NCBI GenBank assembly: GCA_963785305.1
Contig: CAWAUV010000007.1
Coordinates: forward strand, 1,984,001 to 2,048,000
Length of the DNA stretch: 64,000 nt
From: an uncultured Planctomycetaceae bacterium
GTDB lineage: Bacteria; Planctomycetota; Planctomycetia; Pirellulales; PALSA-1355
Direction of reading: 5' to 3'
In this document: positions 44,519-55,855 of the stretch, piece by piece
Numbering within the stretch: position 1 is the first letter of the stretch
How the letters are laid out: every line of letters begins with the position of its first letter
The notes under the pieces: generated by a model
What the model was told of the DNA's origin: nothing
The model's input: the letters and a program-made list of their open reading frames with translations, nothing else
Database searches by the model: none
Program-made: the position numbers and the translations under genes

Positions 44519-46515
44519 ATGAAATCCATTCCTGCACATTGCGCGGCGAGGTTCGATTTCGGGGCTGGCCATGCGCACTGGTCGCGATTCGCCAAATCCG
44601 GGTGGGTAGCGGGCGTCTTGGCCATTTTTTGTTGTGGCTCGGCCTTGGCCGCCAAAATCAGTTCTCCGAACCCTTCGGCGACCGATGCTGGCAAGGCCGC
44701 TCGCAAGGTCAATAAGCTTTTAGCCGCAGGCGAGAGCGCGGCGCCGACAAGCGCGAAAGCGACAAGCGCGAAAGCGAAAAGCGCGAAAGCGACAAGCGCG
44801 AAAGCGACAAGCGCGAAAGCGACCGACAAGATGGCGACCGACCAGGTATCGAGCGCCAAGCCATCGGCCTCGGCGGAGAAGCTCAAGAAATATTTGTCGT
44901 CGAGCGCCGATTCGGCTGAGGCCCCCACCGGACTTGGGGCCGCGAAAAAGCCGCCGCCCGCGCCGTGGCCACCGAAACGCTTCCCTTGGCCGGTGACGAG
45001 ACGTTCATACGCCGGGCGACGCTCGATCTCTTGGGCGAGCAGCCCACGCCCGAGGAGGTCGCCGCATTTGTGCTCGATCCGTCGTCGACGAAGCGCGCCA
45101 AGCTCGTGGACCATTTGCTGGCCCAGCCAAGCTACGGGCAGAATTGGGGGCGCTACTGGCGCGATGTGATTTTCTATCGCCGCAACGATGACCGCGCCCT
45201 GGCCATGGCCGGCACGCTGGTTAACTACTTGAGCGAGCAGTTCAATCGCAACATGCCTTGGGACGAGATTGCCAGGTCGTTTATCACGGCGACCGGCGAG
45301 ATTCGCGAAAACGGCGAGACCGGGATCATCATGGCCCAAATCGCCAATCCGGAAGATACCACCGCCGAGATGTCGCGCATTTTCCTCGGCATTCAAATCC
45401 AGTGCGCCCAGTGCCACAACCACCCGACCGATCGCTGGAAGCGCGAGCAATTCCATGAGCTCGCGGCGTTCTTCGCTCGGATCGCCGTGCGTCCGGTCAA
45501 GCTCGAAGATCAAAAGCGCACATTTCGCGTGGTCTCCGATGACAAAGGCGTCGGCAAGCGTTCGCCCGGCGCGAGCGAGACCGTGACCCTCGAGCACTAT
45601 ATGCCCGATCTGCAAGACCCCCAGGCCAAGGGCACGTTGATGCGGCCGGTGTTCTTCGTCACGGGCCAGAAATTCGAGTTCGGCGCCAACGACCGCGACC
45701 GGCGCGAAACCTTGGCCCAGTGGATCACGTCGCCCGGCGATCGCTACTTTGCCGAGGCGTTCGTGAATCGGATGTGGTCGGAGCTCGTGGGCCACGGGTT
45801 CATCGAACCGGTCGACGACATGGGCCCCGACCGGCCGGCTCAATCACCCGAAACACTCAAGTACTTGGCCGATCAGTTCGTGGCCAATCGCCATGACATC
45901 AAATGGCTGTTTCGCACGATCATGGCCACCGACGCTTATCAGCGCGAGAGCCGTTCGCGGACCGATATCGCCGACCCGCTCGCCAATAGCTGCCCGCAGC
46001 GATTGCGAGCCGATCAGCTTGCCAACGTGCTTCTCGATTCGCTGGGCGTCGACGAAGCGACGTTTACCCGCGATGCGAATCGTAAGGAAGGCAAGAAGGG
46101 CGGCCCCGACAAGGATGGCAAGCCGGTCGCGGCCAACGCCCAGGGCGGCAGGAAGAAGGGCTTGCTGGGGGCCGGCCCGCGCGGGCAGCTCTTGCAATCC
46201 TTTGGCTACGATCCCAGTGCGCGGCGCGACGAAGTGGCCAGCGCCATTCCCCAAGCGTTGTGGCTGATGAACGGCGGGTTGGTTTCGTTTGGAACCAAGG
46301 ACGCTCCCACGACCAGCCTGGGCAAGCTGCTCGCCAGCGAGCCCAACGACGAATCGGTCGCCGCGGAATTGTACCTGCGCTGCTTGGCTCGCGAGCCGAA
46401 GCCGGCCGAACTGCGCGTCTGCCTCGAGCATGTCGCGAGCGTCGGTCGCAACGAAGGTTTCGAAGACATCTTGTGGTCGCTGCTCAATTCGACCGAATTC
46501 CTGTATCGCAAGTGA
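44519..46515 (+). CDS. DUF1549/DUF1553 planctomycete protein; frameshift near 44950-44965
   Basis: DETFIRRATLDL, FLGIQIQCAQCHNHP, FVNRMW, GFIEPVDD, PQALWLMNG, EDILWSLLNSTEF. Confidence 0.9.
44746..44820. repeat. 15-bp coding tandem repeat, 5 copies (TSAKA)
   Basis: GACAAGCGCGAAAGC x5, third copy GAAAAG. Confidence 0.95.
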
Positions 46516-46643
46516 TCGCGACGCCAGACACGCGACGCCTGAAATATGGCGCAAAGCGCGACGACGCAAACATCCTCGCGACGCTCGAAAAAACATCCGT
46601 TCAGAAATCAGCCCGAGAACCAACCTGCTGGGGAAACCGGATC

Positions 46644-47942
46644 ATGGCCTTCGAACTCTTTCGTCAAACGGATGTGAAAATCGATCGGCGCCGCGGCGTG
46701 CATCGTCGCGACTTTCTTCGCAGCGTGGCGCTGGGCGGGGTGGCCGCCGGCGCCATGAGTTGGACCGACTTGCTCTGCGCCGAATCGAGTGAGCTTCGCA
46801 AGCGCGGCCGGGCAATCATTCTGCTTTGGATGGCCGGCGGTCCGAGCCAGTTCGAAACCTTCAGCCCGCTTTCGGGCCATGCCAATGGCGGCGAAACCAA
46901 GGCGATCTCGACCGCCGCGGCGGGAGTGCAAATCGCGGAAAACTATCCCGAAACCGCCAAGATGATGAACGATATCGCGGTCATTCGTTCGATGACCAGC
47001 AAAGAAGGGAGCCATCCGCGGGCCACCTTCTTGCTCCACACCGGCTATCTGCCCACGGCAAGCGTGCGCTATCCGGCGTTTGGCGCGGTGGCCGCCGAGC
47101 AATTGCGCATGGCGTCGCTCGACCTGCCTTCGTTCGTGCGCATCGGCGGCGGACAGCAAAACGCGAGCGGCGGCGGATTCCTGGGCGTCGACTACGATCC
47201 CTTCATGATCGCCGCGGCTGGCAAGCTGCCAGCGAATACCACGCCCGCTACCGATTTTACCCGCTTCGATCGCCGCCTCGATCTGCTCGGCCGACTCGAA
47301 GGGGAATACGCCGCGGGCCAGCTCAAGCAAGAAGTGGCCGATCATGAGAAGCTCTATCGCAAAGCCCAGCGCATGATTCAAAGCGATCAGATGAAGGCGT
47401 TTGACCTCGAGAGCGAACCCACTCCGGTCCGCGAGGCCTATGGCTCGGGCACGTTCGCCTCGGGCTGCTTGCTGGCTCGGCGATTGGTCGAGACCGGCGT
47501 CACGTGCGTCGAGATATTCCTCGGCGGCTGGGACACGCACAACGACAACTTCAGCCGAGTGCGCAATCTGGCCGGGCAGTCGGATCGGGCCTTTGCCCAG
47601 TTGATCCGCGATCTCAAGGAGCGGGGCCTCTTGGATACGACGCTCGTCGCCTGGATGGGTGAATTCGGCCGCACGCCCAAGATCAATCCTCGCGGTGGTC
47701 GCGACCACTATCCGAAGTCGTTCAATGTGGCGCTCGCTGGCGGAGGCATTCGCGGCGGTCAGACGATCGGCAAGGTCGACCCCACGGGCGCCGATGTCGT
47801 GGAACGGCCGGTCACGGTGCCCGATCTGTTTCAAACCTTCTGCAAGAGTCTGCGGATCAACCCGAGCGTGGAGCATGTAACGAACAACCGGCCGATCAAG
47901 ATCGTCGATACCGGCAAGCCGGTCGAGGAATTGTTCGGCTAG
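46644..47942 (+). CDS. DUF1501 protein with Tat-like motif
   Basis: HRRDFL; ILLWMAGGPSQFETF; CLLARRLVETGV; GWDTH; MGEFGRTP; GRDHYP. Confidence 0.93.
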   Translation: MAFELFRQTDVKIDRRRGVHRRDFLRSVALGGVAAGAMSWTDLLCAESSELRKRGRAIILLWMAGGPSQFETFSPLSGHANGGETKAISTAAAGVQIAENYPETAKMMNDIAVIRSMTSKEGSHPRATFLLHTGYLPTASVRYPAFGAVAAEQLRMASLDLPSFVRIGGGQQNASGGGFLGVDYDPFMIAAAGKLPANTTPATDFTRFDRRLDLLGRLEGEYAAGQLKQEVADHEKLYRKAQRMIQSDQMKAFDLESEPTPVREAYGSGTFASGCLLARRLVETGVTCVEIFLGGWDTHNDNFSRVRNLAGQSDRAFAQLIRDLKERGLLDTTLVAWMGEFGRTPKINPRGGRDHYPKSFNVALAGGGIRGGQTIGKVDPTGADVVERPVTVPDLFQTFCKSLRINPSVEHVTNNRPIKIVDTGKPVEELFG

Positions 47943-48047
47943 GTGAATCGGATCGGGCAGGATTGCGCCACGGACGGAGAATGCCCGAGCACGGAAAAGA
48001 GCCGCCGCGCGGCGGCCAGCCGCTCGTTCGCCCTTTCGCTTGATCGC

Positions 48048-49319
48048 TCAGTCGTAAAACGCCAGCGCGCCAAAGCTCACGCAACTGGCGCGGTTTGGGT
48101 CCGTGGCTTGGCCATAGGTCAAAAACTCGCCCCGCCTGGGCCGCAGGGTTTCGAGCATTGTGTAGGTCGGCGAGAGGCCGCAAATGCGGTTCGCGTCGTT
48201 TTCGTTGGCCACATGATCGAAAAATGCGCTCGCGCCCCCTTCGCACGCCGCCGCGAGCAGCCGCCGATCGCTCGACGCAAGTTGCTCGAGCCGCTCGCGA
48301 TCGAGTTTCGCCCGGTCGCCAAACCGCGGGCCGATATGCGCCAAGTCGCCGCTGCTGATGAAGCAGACCCGGCCCGGATGCTCGGCCACCGCGGCTCGCA
48401 GCGCCGTGATAAACGCCGCCACCCGGGCATTGGCCACCGGCTGCTGTTTCGCGCGGATGAATTCATGAAACGATCCCACGAGGATCGGCGCGATTTTGAA
48501 TTCGCGGTGTTCTCCCAAGAGGTGCTGCAAGAAAACGACCTGAAATTCGAGCGAATGTTCGGGGCGATGGGCAAGTTCATCGGCAAAGAGATTGAGCTCG
48601 CCCGCGCCCGGCGTGGCGGCCAATCGCTGGCCCAGGCGGCCGATGAACTGTTTGTCGGTTTGCACGACGCCGAGCGGAGTGTCGAAATGCTTTTTCGAGG
48701 CGGAGAACAAGTTTCGCATCCATTGATGGGCCGTGCCGAGAACAACGAACAGGTCGGCGTCGCTCTCTTCGACCACGCGTCGGTAGGCCCAAGCAAAGGC
48801 CGGCCCGCCCCGATGTAGATCGATATGCGGGCTCAAGACCCCCACGAGTCGTCGCGTGGGCACGATGCCGGAGCCAACCGCGCCGGGGGCGCCCGGTCCC
48901 TCGGCATGCGTGAAGAGTGCGTCGATCTGTCGGCCGAGCGTCGCGCTCGTGCCGGCATAGGCCAAGCCGGCATGAGCGGCCGGGCGAGTCGGCAAGTTTA
49001 GATACGTTTGCACTTCGCTTTTCCAATGTGCGCGAAACCGCTCGGAATCGAGCAAGTTTCGGCGGTCGAGCTGCTCGACCAGTTCGATTAGGTCGGCCGG
49101 CGTGGGCGGCATCGCGCTCTGCTCGCGGCAGGCGGCGAGAATCTCATCGAGATTGCGGCAGCCGTCCATGAGCGACACCACTCGGGCCGCGGCTTCGGGA
49201 ATTTCGATCGTGGCGCCGAAGCCCGCCGGATCGCGCAGCGTGTACCATACCTCGCCGTTGGCATGCCGCACGGCGAAACTTTCGACAGGCCGCAATTGCG
49301 GACGCTCCAAGCCGGTCAT
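48048..49319 (-). CDS. amrB: AmmeMemoRadiSam system protein B (MEMO1 family) with N-terminal extension
   Basis: RPAAHAGLAY, SPHID, LGTAH, EHSLEFQ, SSGDLAHIGPRFGD, ICGLSP. Confidence 0.88.
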   Translation of the reverse strand: MTGLERPQLRPVESFAVRHANGEVWYTLRDPAGFGATIEIPEAAARVVSLMDGCRNLDEILAACREQSAMPPTPADLIELVEQLDRRNLLDSERFRAHWKSEVQTYLNLPTRPAAHAGLAYAGTSATLGRQIDALFTHAEGPGAPGAVGSGIVPTRRLVGVLSPHIDLHRGGPAFAWAYRRVVEESDADLFVVLGTAHQWMRNLFSASKKHFDTPLGVVQTDKQFIGRLGQRLAATPGAGELNLFADELAHRPEHSLEFQVVFLQHLLGEHREFKIAPILVGSFHEFIRAKQQPVANARVAAFITALRAAVAEHPGRVCFISSGDLAHIGPRFGDRAKLDRERLEQLASSDRRLLAAACEGGASAFFDHVANENDANRICGLSPTYTMLETLRPRRGEFLTYGQATDPNRASCVSFGALAFYD

Positions 49320-49568
49320 GGACGGTGAGGCTCCTTGAAAGATTCGGGACTGGCCGGCGATCGTGGGGGGCGCTCGGCGGCGCGCTCCGCTTTGTCGCCG
49401 GCGCCCTTGCAATATTCGAGACCGTGTCTTTCAATGTCAAGCAGCGCCAGTTTTTCAGGTTCGCCACGTTTTTTGCTGGATATAATCCTAGAGGCGCCGT
49501 CGCGGCGCGATCACATTTGTTCGATGCCTGTCTTATTTCGGAGTCTCTTATTTCGGAGTCGAATCTCG

Positions 49569-50216
49569 ATGTTTCCCGTTTACTCCATCCGCTTTTTTCC
49601 GTCTCGGCTCGCGCGATTCGCCGGGCTGTTGGTCGCGCTCTTGACGGGACTCGAAGCCGGTGTGCTTTGGGCAGGCGAGTTCAACCCCAAACTCGATATC
49701 GGCTCGGCTGCGCCGGCCTGGAAGAACTTGCCCGGTGTCGATGACGCGCGGCACTCGCTCGCTGATCTCAAGGATAAGCGAGTGGTGGTCGTGGTGTTCA
49801 CATGCAATAGCTGCCCCGTGGCCACGGATTATGAAGATCGCATTGTCCAATCGGCGAATAAGCACGCCGCCGAGGTGAGTTTCGTGGCGATCAATGTGAA
49901 CCGTATTCCCGAAGACAGCTTGCCCAAGATGCAAGAGCGGGCCAAGGAGAAGAAATTTCCGTTTCCCTACCTATTCGACGAATCGCAGCAAATCGCCAAG
50001 GACTATGGCGCCACCTTCACGCCTGAGTTCTTCGTGCTCGGGCCCGAGCGTAAAATCGTGTATATGGGTGGCCTCGACGACAGCAGCGACCCGGCGATGG
50101 TGAAGACCCACTATCTCGAGCCGGCGATCGAAGCCGCGCTGGCCGGCGCGGCGCCCGCGGTTAAAGAAGCCCCGGCCCGCGGTTGCCGGATTCGCTATGC
50201 GCGCGAGCGGCGATGA
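49569..50216 (+). CDS. Exported thioredoxin-like (AhpC/TSA, redoxin) protein
   Basis: FTCNSCP, FPFPYLFDESQ, GATFTPEFF, YMGGLDD, GCRI. Confidence 0.9.
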   Translation: MFPVYSIRFFPSRLARFAGLLVALLTGLEAGVLWAGEFNPKLDIGSAAPAWKNLPGVDDARHSLADLKDKRVVVVVFTCNSCPVATDYEDRIVQSANKHAAEVSFVAINVNRIPEDSLPKMQERAKEKKFPFPYLFDESQQIAKDYGATFTPEFFVLGPERKIVYMGGLDDSSDPAMVKTHYLEPAIEAALAGAAPAVKEAPARGCRIRYARERR

Positions 50217-50359
50217 TCGCGTCGCCCCGAAGCCTGCCGCCGAAATTGTCCGACATGGCATCCCATCAAGGCATGACAAGCCACCGAAGCGTGACAGGGA
50301 CTCCCGCACGGAATCGCACAATCGGGCCGCGTTGAATCTCTTTCTCGGATCGTTTCCAC

Positions 50360-52050
50360 ATGACCGCCATCGAGCACGATCCTTCGAGCGAGCGATTCTG
50401 GGTCGAGGACCTCACCATTCCCCAGGCGCTTGCCGCCACCGTCGTGCGCGACGGCGCGAGCGACGCGGTCGTGTTTCCGCACCTTGGGCTCCGCTGGAGC
50501 TACGCCGAATTCTCGGCCGCGGTCGATCGCGCGGCGCGAGGCATGCTCGCCCTGGGCATCGAGCCGGGAGAGCATGTGGCGCTGTGGGCCACGAATGTGC
50601 CCGAGTGGATCGTGCTCCAGTTCGCCACCGCCCGCATCGGCGCGGTGCTGGTGACGATCAATCCCGCGTATCGCCCTTATGAGCTGCAATATGTGCTCGA
50701 GGAATGCGACGCCCGGCTGCTGTTTCTCGTCGAGCGATTCAAGTCTTCCGACTACTACGCGATGATCGACGAGTTGTGCCCCGAGTTGCGCAACGGCGCT
50801 CCCGGCGCGCTGGCCGCCGCGCGGTTTCCTTGCTTGCGCTGGGTCGTCGGCCTGGGTCGCCACGCGCCCGTGGGCGGGCTCACGTGGACCGAAATGTGCG
50901 ACCTGGCCGATGCCGCGCCGGCCGCGAAGCTCGACACGATCGGCCGCTCGCTTCGCCCCACCGACGCGATCGTGATTCAGTATACCTCGGGCACGACCGG
51001 TTTTCCCAAGGCGGCCACGCTCAGCCATCGCAACCTGTTGATGAACGTGGCCGGCGTGGGCGAATGCCTCCGGCTCACGGCCGAGGACCGCATGTGCATT
51101 CCGGTGCCGTTCTATCACTGCTTCGGCTGCGTGCTGGGAACGATGTGCGCCGCCGTGCATGGCGCGGCGATGATTATACCGGCCGAATCCTTCAACCCCG
51201 CCGCCACGCTCGCCGCCGTCGAACAAGAGCGCGCCACGTGTTTGTACGGCGTGCCCACGATGTTCATCGCCGAACTGGCCGATCCCAGCTTCGACCAGCG
51301 CCGGCTCGATTCGCTCCGCACCGGCATCATGTCGGGCAGCCCGTGTCCGATTGAAGTGATGCGGCAAGTGGTGGGCGCATGGGTCTGCCCGAAATTACGA
51401 TCGGCTATGGTCAAACCGAAGCCTCGCCGATCATCACACTGACCCGCGCCCATGATCCGCTCGAGACGCGCGTCGAGACCGTGGGACGCCCGATCCGGGG
51501 AGTCGAAGTGAAGCTGGTCGATCCGGCCACCGGCGCCACGCTTGGCGATGGCGCGGGCGGCGAGCTATGTGCTCGAGGCCATGGAGTGATGCTGGGCTAT
51601 TATAAGAATCCGGGCGCCACGGCCGCGGCGATCGATTGCGAGGGCTGGCTCCACACGGGCGATCTTGCCATGCGGCTTCCGAGCGGCGACTACCGCATTA
51701 CGGGGCGCATCAAAGACCTGGTGATACGCGGCGGCGAGAATATCTATCCGCGCGAGATCGAGGAGTTTTTGTTCACGCATCCGGCGATCGAACAAGCGGC
51801 GGTCGTGGGCGTGCCCGACAATAAATTCGGCGAAGAGCTTTGTGCCTGGGTGAAACTGAAGACGGGCCACACGGCCACGGCCGATGAGCTGCGGCATTTT
51901 TGCCGCGGGGAACTCGCGCATTTTAAGGCGCCGAAGTATTTCAAATTCGTAAGCGAATTTCCCCAGACCGTGACCGGCAAGATTCAAAAGTTCAGGATTC
52001 GCGAAGCGGCCATCGCCGAACTTGGGCTGCGGGAAGATCGCACGGCGTGA
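50360..52050 (+). CDS. AMP-binding acyl-CoA synthetase; frameshift near 51375
   Basis: [58 protein letters not shown]. Confidence 0.93.
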
Positions 52051-52343
52051 TACATAAGTCTTTAACAGGAGTCGCTTTGAGAAAATACGCCTCGACGCCG
52101 CGAGGCGACTTTCGAGTTGCTACCGCGGGCGAAAAACGACCATTGCCGGCGGCGGGGTTCGACTGAGGAGCCGAGAAACAAAAGCGAGCCGCCCCGATGT
52201 TGGAGCGACGCCTTTGAACTTTTCCGGGGTTTTATGGTAACATGGCGTCGCGCCGACTCTCTTGGCTTGCCGGCCCGCGGCGCTTGTTACGACCACGCTT
52301 TCCTCGGTTCGTCGTGAAACAACTTGTCGCGGAGACGCCGATC

Positions 52344-53200
52344 ATGAACAACAGGTTTGCACTGCCCGCGCTCTTGACCGCGCTCCTGACATTCGCGCTC
52401 GCGGCGCCCGACGCTCAAGCTCGCGGACGCGGGCGCGGCGGCAACGGCGCGCGCAAATGCGGGCGCAAATGATTGCCCAGGCCACGGCGGCTTTGAACTA
52501 CAACCGCCAAGTATTGGCCGAAGCCACCGTCGTGATCAACGAAAACTCGACGGCGGTGGCGACTTCGAACGAACGGATCGAAGGCGCTCGCAAGTCGATT
52601 GGCGACGCGCGGGCCGCGCTGCACGATTCGGCCAAGAGCCAGCGCACGATCGAGGCCGAGATTCTTACCGCCCAGGGCGATGATTCTCCCTGCTCCAAGG
52701 CGCATATCGAATTCAACGAGTCGCAGCAAGCGCTCAATGAAGAGCGCGATCGCGTGCTTAGCAGCGAAGAATATCTCAAGAAAAAAGCGGACCTCGCCAA
52801 AGAAGACGGCAGCGCCGCCAAGATCGCCAAACTGCGTCACGACTCGCTCGAGGACGACGATCACTATCAGGCCGCCAGCGATCGCTTCAAAGCGGCCACG
52901 CTCGTTTACAACCGCATCAAGAGCGAGCTCTTCAAGGCCAATCCCGAATGGGTCAAAGCCTCGCAAGAATCCCGCGACGCGCGGGTCGAGGAAAACAAGA
53001 ACACCGCCGAAGCCACCCGCGGCGCCATGAAGCGAATGCCCGCGGCGCGCAATTTGCGCGAGGCGACCGAGATCGCCGCCGAAGCGCGAATGAACATCGC
53101 CCAGGCCGAATCGGTGCTGCGGAATTTGAAAGTTAAGATTCCGGCCGCGCCGCCGGGTATGGACTATTCCTCCGCCGGGTCGGCGTCGACCGGCAAATAG
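52344..53200 (+). CDS. Exported coiled-coil hypothetical protein; frameshift near 52452
   Basis: Signal peptide MNNRFALPALL..AQA, then an A/E/K-rich helical body in the other frame. Confidence 0.65.
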
Positions 53201-53271
53201 TCGTTCGGCAAATAGTGGTTCGGCAAAAAGCCATTTTGGTGAATAGCGATTGCCCCTCGCGGAGCCTTGCC

Positions 53272-53600
53272 ATGGCGGAGCCGGCGACAACAGCCGTCGG
53301 TCCCTATCTTCCCGACCTCGTTGCGGTGCTTGCAGGCACGCTCGAAAGCATGTTCGCGCGGCTCGGGCTGTTTGCCTTGGCAACATGGCTCGGCATCTAT
53401 CTCGGACTCCATCTACTCACAATCCACGCTTCGTTGTTCGCGGCGGTCGACCGCTGGCCCCTGCTGATGGCGACGGCCCTCGCGACGCCCCTGATCTCGC
53501 TGACCGCGGTATGCAACGCGCTGGCGATGGCCCGGCCCGCCCTTTTCTTCCGCTGGCAATCGACTAAGCTTCGCATTAGGACGATCTCGCCCGTGCTCGA
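53272..53600 (+). CDS. Possible small membrane protein (end uncertain)
   Basis: Hydrophobic stretches LGLFALATWLGIYLGL and LLMATALATPLISL; the ORF track runs it on out of frame over the next gene. Confidence 0.3.
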
Positions 53601-53695
53601 CTTGGCGTCCGCGTTTCAAAACCGCGGCCTGGCCCCGCAGTCCCGGCGGATGGCGATCGCTCCGTTTTTTGCTCGCATCACGGAGGGTTTGCCGC

Positions 53696-54922
53696 GTGAC
53701 GAAGTTGGCGTTCGCAAGTTTCGCGATCTTGGCGCTCGCCGGTCATATTGGCCTGTGGAACGGCCTCATCAATCGCTTGCACGGCACGGGCGTCGAACGC
53801 TGGACGATGAAGGCGATAACGCTGGTGTTGCGGGCTGTTGTTATGCTGCCGCTCGTGATTGGCGCGGGGCTGGCCGTGTGCTGGTGGCGACTGGGCGATT
53901 TGCCAATGGACGCGCTCCCGGACATGGACAGTGGCGATTCGCCGCATTCGACCCTGGAACGATCCCTCGGGCTCTTGATCTACGCGAGCCTGTGCGAGAT
54001 GATCGCCGCGGTTTACTATCCGCGCTGGTGGCTCGACCGCCGCCGGCCCCGGCCGAAGTTTCTCGACACCCGGCGCCGCACGATTTTCATCGAGCGCGAG
54101 CTCGGCGCCCGGCCGGTTGCCGGACTCTGGTCCAATGCGTGGTCGCGTTTGCCGGGCAACCAGTTTCTGGCGCCCGAATTGGTCGAATACACGTTGGAAA
54201 TCCCCCGCTTGCCGGCGGAGCTCGATGGCCTTTCGCTCATGCACCTGACGGATTTACATGTGAGCGGGCGAATGCTGCGGCCCTATTATCAGCGGATGAT
54301 GGAGCTCGTGGCCGAGCATGAGCCGGACTTGCTCTGCGTGACCGGCGATATTTGCGAAAAGGCGAAGTACATTCCGCTGGCGGCTGAAATGCTCGCCCTC
54401 GCGCCGGCCCGAGCGGGGAAATTCTTCGTGCTTGGCAATCACGACACACGAACCCATGCGGTGCCCGAATTGCGAGCCGCGCTCACTGCCGGCGGCTGCC
54501 AGGACTTGGGCGGGGTGTGGCGCGAGATATCGATTCGCGGCGCGCGCGTCGTGCTCGGCGGCGATGAGCGACCGTGGCATCATGAGCCGCTCGATCCGCG
54601 GGCGGCGGGCCCGCGCGACCCACGCTCCCCGGAGTTGCGAATCGTGTTGATGCATTCGCCCGATCGCTTGGGCGTGGCCGTGGCGGCCGACGCGGATTTT
54701 TCGCTCGCCGGACATACCCATGGCGGGCAAATTCGATTTCCAGGTATCGGAGCGATTGTGTGCCCGAGCGTGCATGGTCTGCGATACGATATGGGGTTGT
54801 TTCGCGAGGCGTCGACGCTGCTCTACGTGGGCCGCGGGCTGTGTTCGCTTACTCCGGTGCGGCTCGGCTGCCGCCCCGAGCTCACGCGGTTTGTATTTCG
54901 CGCGCCCGTCGGCCGCGGTTGA
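53696..54922 (+). CDS. Membrane-anchored metallophosphoesterase (YkuE/YaeI-like)
   Basis: HLTDLH, TGD, LGNHD, HSPD, AGHTHGGQ, RLGCRPE. Confidence 0.9.
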   Translation: MTKLAFASFAILALAGHIGLWNGLINRLHGTGVERWTMKAITLVLRAVVMLPLVIGAGLAVCWWRLGDLPMDALPDMDSGDSPHSTLERSLGLLIYASLCEMIAAVYYPRWWLDRRRPRPKFLDTRRRTIFIERELGARPVAGLWSNAWSRLPGNQFLAPELVEYTLEIPRLPAELDGLSLMHLTDLHVSGRMLRPYYQRMMELVAEHEPDLLCVTGDICEKAKYIPLAAEMLALAPARAGKFFVLGNHDTRTHAVPELRAALTAGGCQDLGGVWREISIRGARVVLGGDERPWHHEPLDPRAAGPRDPRSPELRIVLMHSPDRLGVAVAADADFSLAGHTHGGQIRFPGIGAIVCPSVHGLRYDMGLFREASTLLYVGRGLCSLTPVRLGCRPELTRFVFRAPVGRG

Positions 54923-54949
54923 CCGAAGTTCTTTTGGGGACTCTTTGCG

Positions 54950-55830
54950 ATGGGTTCGATTCTCTGGGGGCCGCTCGTGGCGGCAGCGGCGCTAGCCGCG
55001 GCGCTGATGGCGTTCTTCGTGATCCGTTGGCGACGGTCGGGCCTGCGGCCCTTCCAATACTCGCTGCTGGCCTTCAATCGCGTGTTGGCTCGGGGACTGT
55101 GGCGGGCCACGATCAACCATTCGCTTCCGGTCGCCGATGACGCGGGCGCCGTGATCGTGTCGAACCATCGCAGCAGCGTCGAGCCGATGCTCATTCAGCT
55201 TGGCACCAAGCGCATCGTGCATTGGATGGTGGCCCGGGAATATGTCGAAGCGCCGGTGCTCTCGGTCATGTTCAAAGCGCTCGAGAGCATTCCGGTCGGG
55301 CGGCGCGGTGTCGACACCGCTTCGACCAAGCAGGCGATTCGCCTCGCCCAGCAAGGCAACTTGGTGGGCATTTTTCCCGAAGGGCGAATTAATATCTCGG
55401 AGGAGCTGCTGATGCCCGGGCGGCCGGGGGCGGCGCTGGTGGCGCTCAAGGCCGAAGTGCCGTTGATTCCCTGTTATGTCCGGGGCGCGCCTACGGCGGC
55501 AAAGTCTGGACCCCCATCATCACGCCAGCGCGCGTGCATGTGACGATCGGCGAGCCGATCGATATCGCGCCCTATCTGGAGCTCTCGCGCGACGATGGCA
55601 AAGCGGCCCAGCGCGAACTCACGCTCCGCATCCTCCGCGAGATCGCGGCCCTGGCCGGAGCGAAAGACTACCAGCCTCGGCTAGCCGGCCGCTTGTGGGC
55701 CCCGGCCGACGATGAAGCTTCGGCCGATGATCGGGCAAGCGATGATTCGCGCGCCGGCGACGATATCGAGGGCGACGAATCCGAAGGCGACGTCGACGAC
55801 ACGTCGAAGAGCGGCAATTCCCCGGCCTAG
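54950..55830 (+). CDS. Lysophospholipid acyltransferase (PlsC-like); frameshift near 55490
   Basis: SNHRSSVE (HxxxxD/E), IFPEGR, PLIPCY, IGEPI; acidic tail. Confidence 0.88.
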
Positions 55831-55855
55831 CGGCTGGCGTGCCGGCGACGACGCG

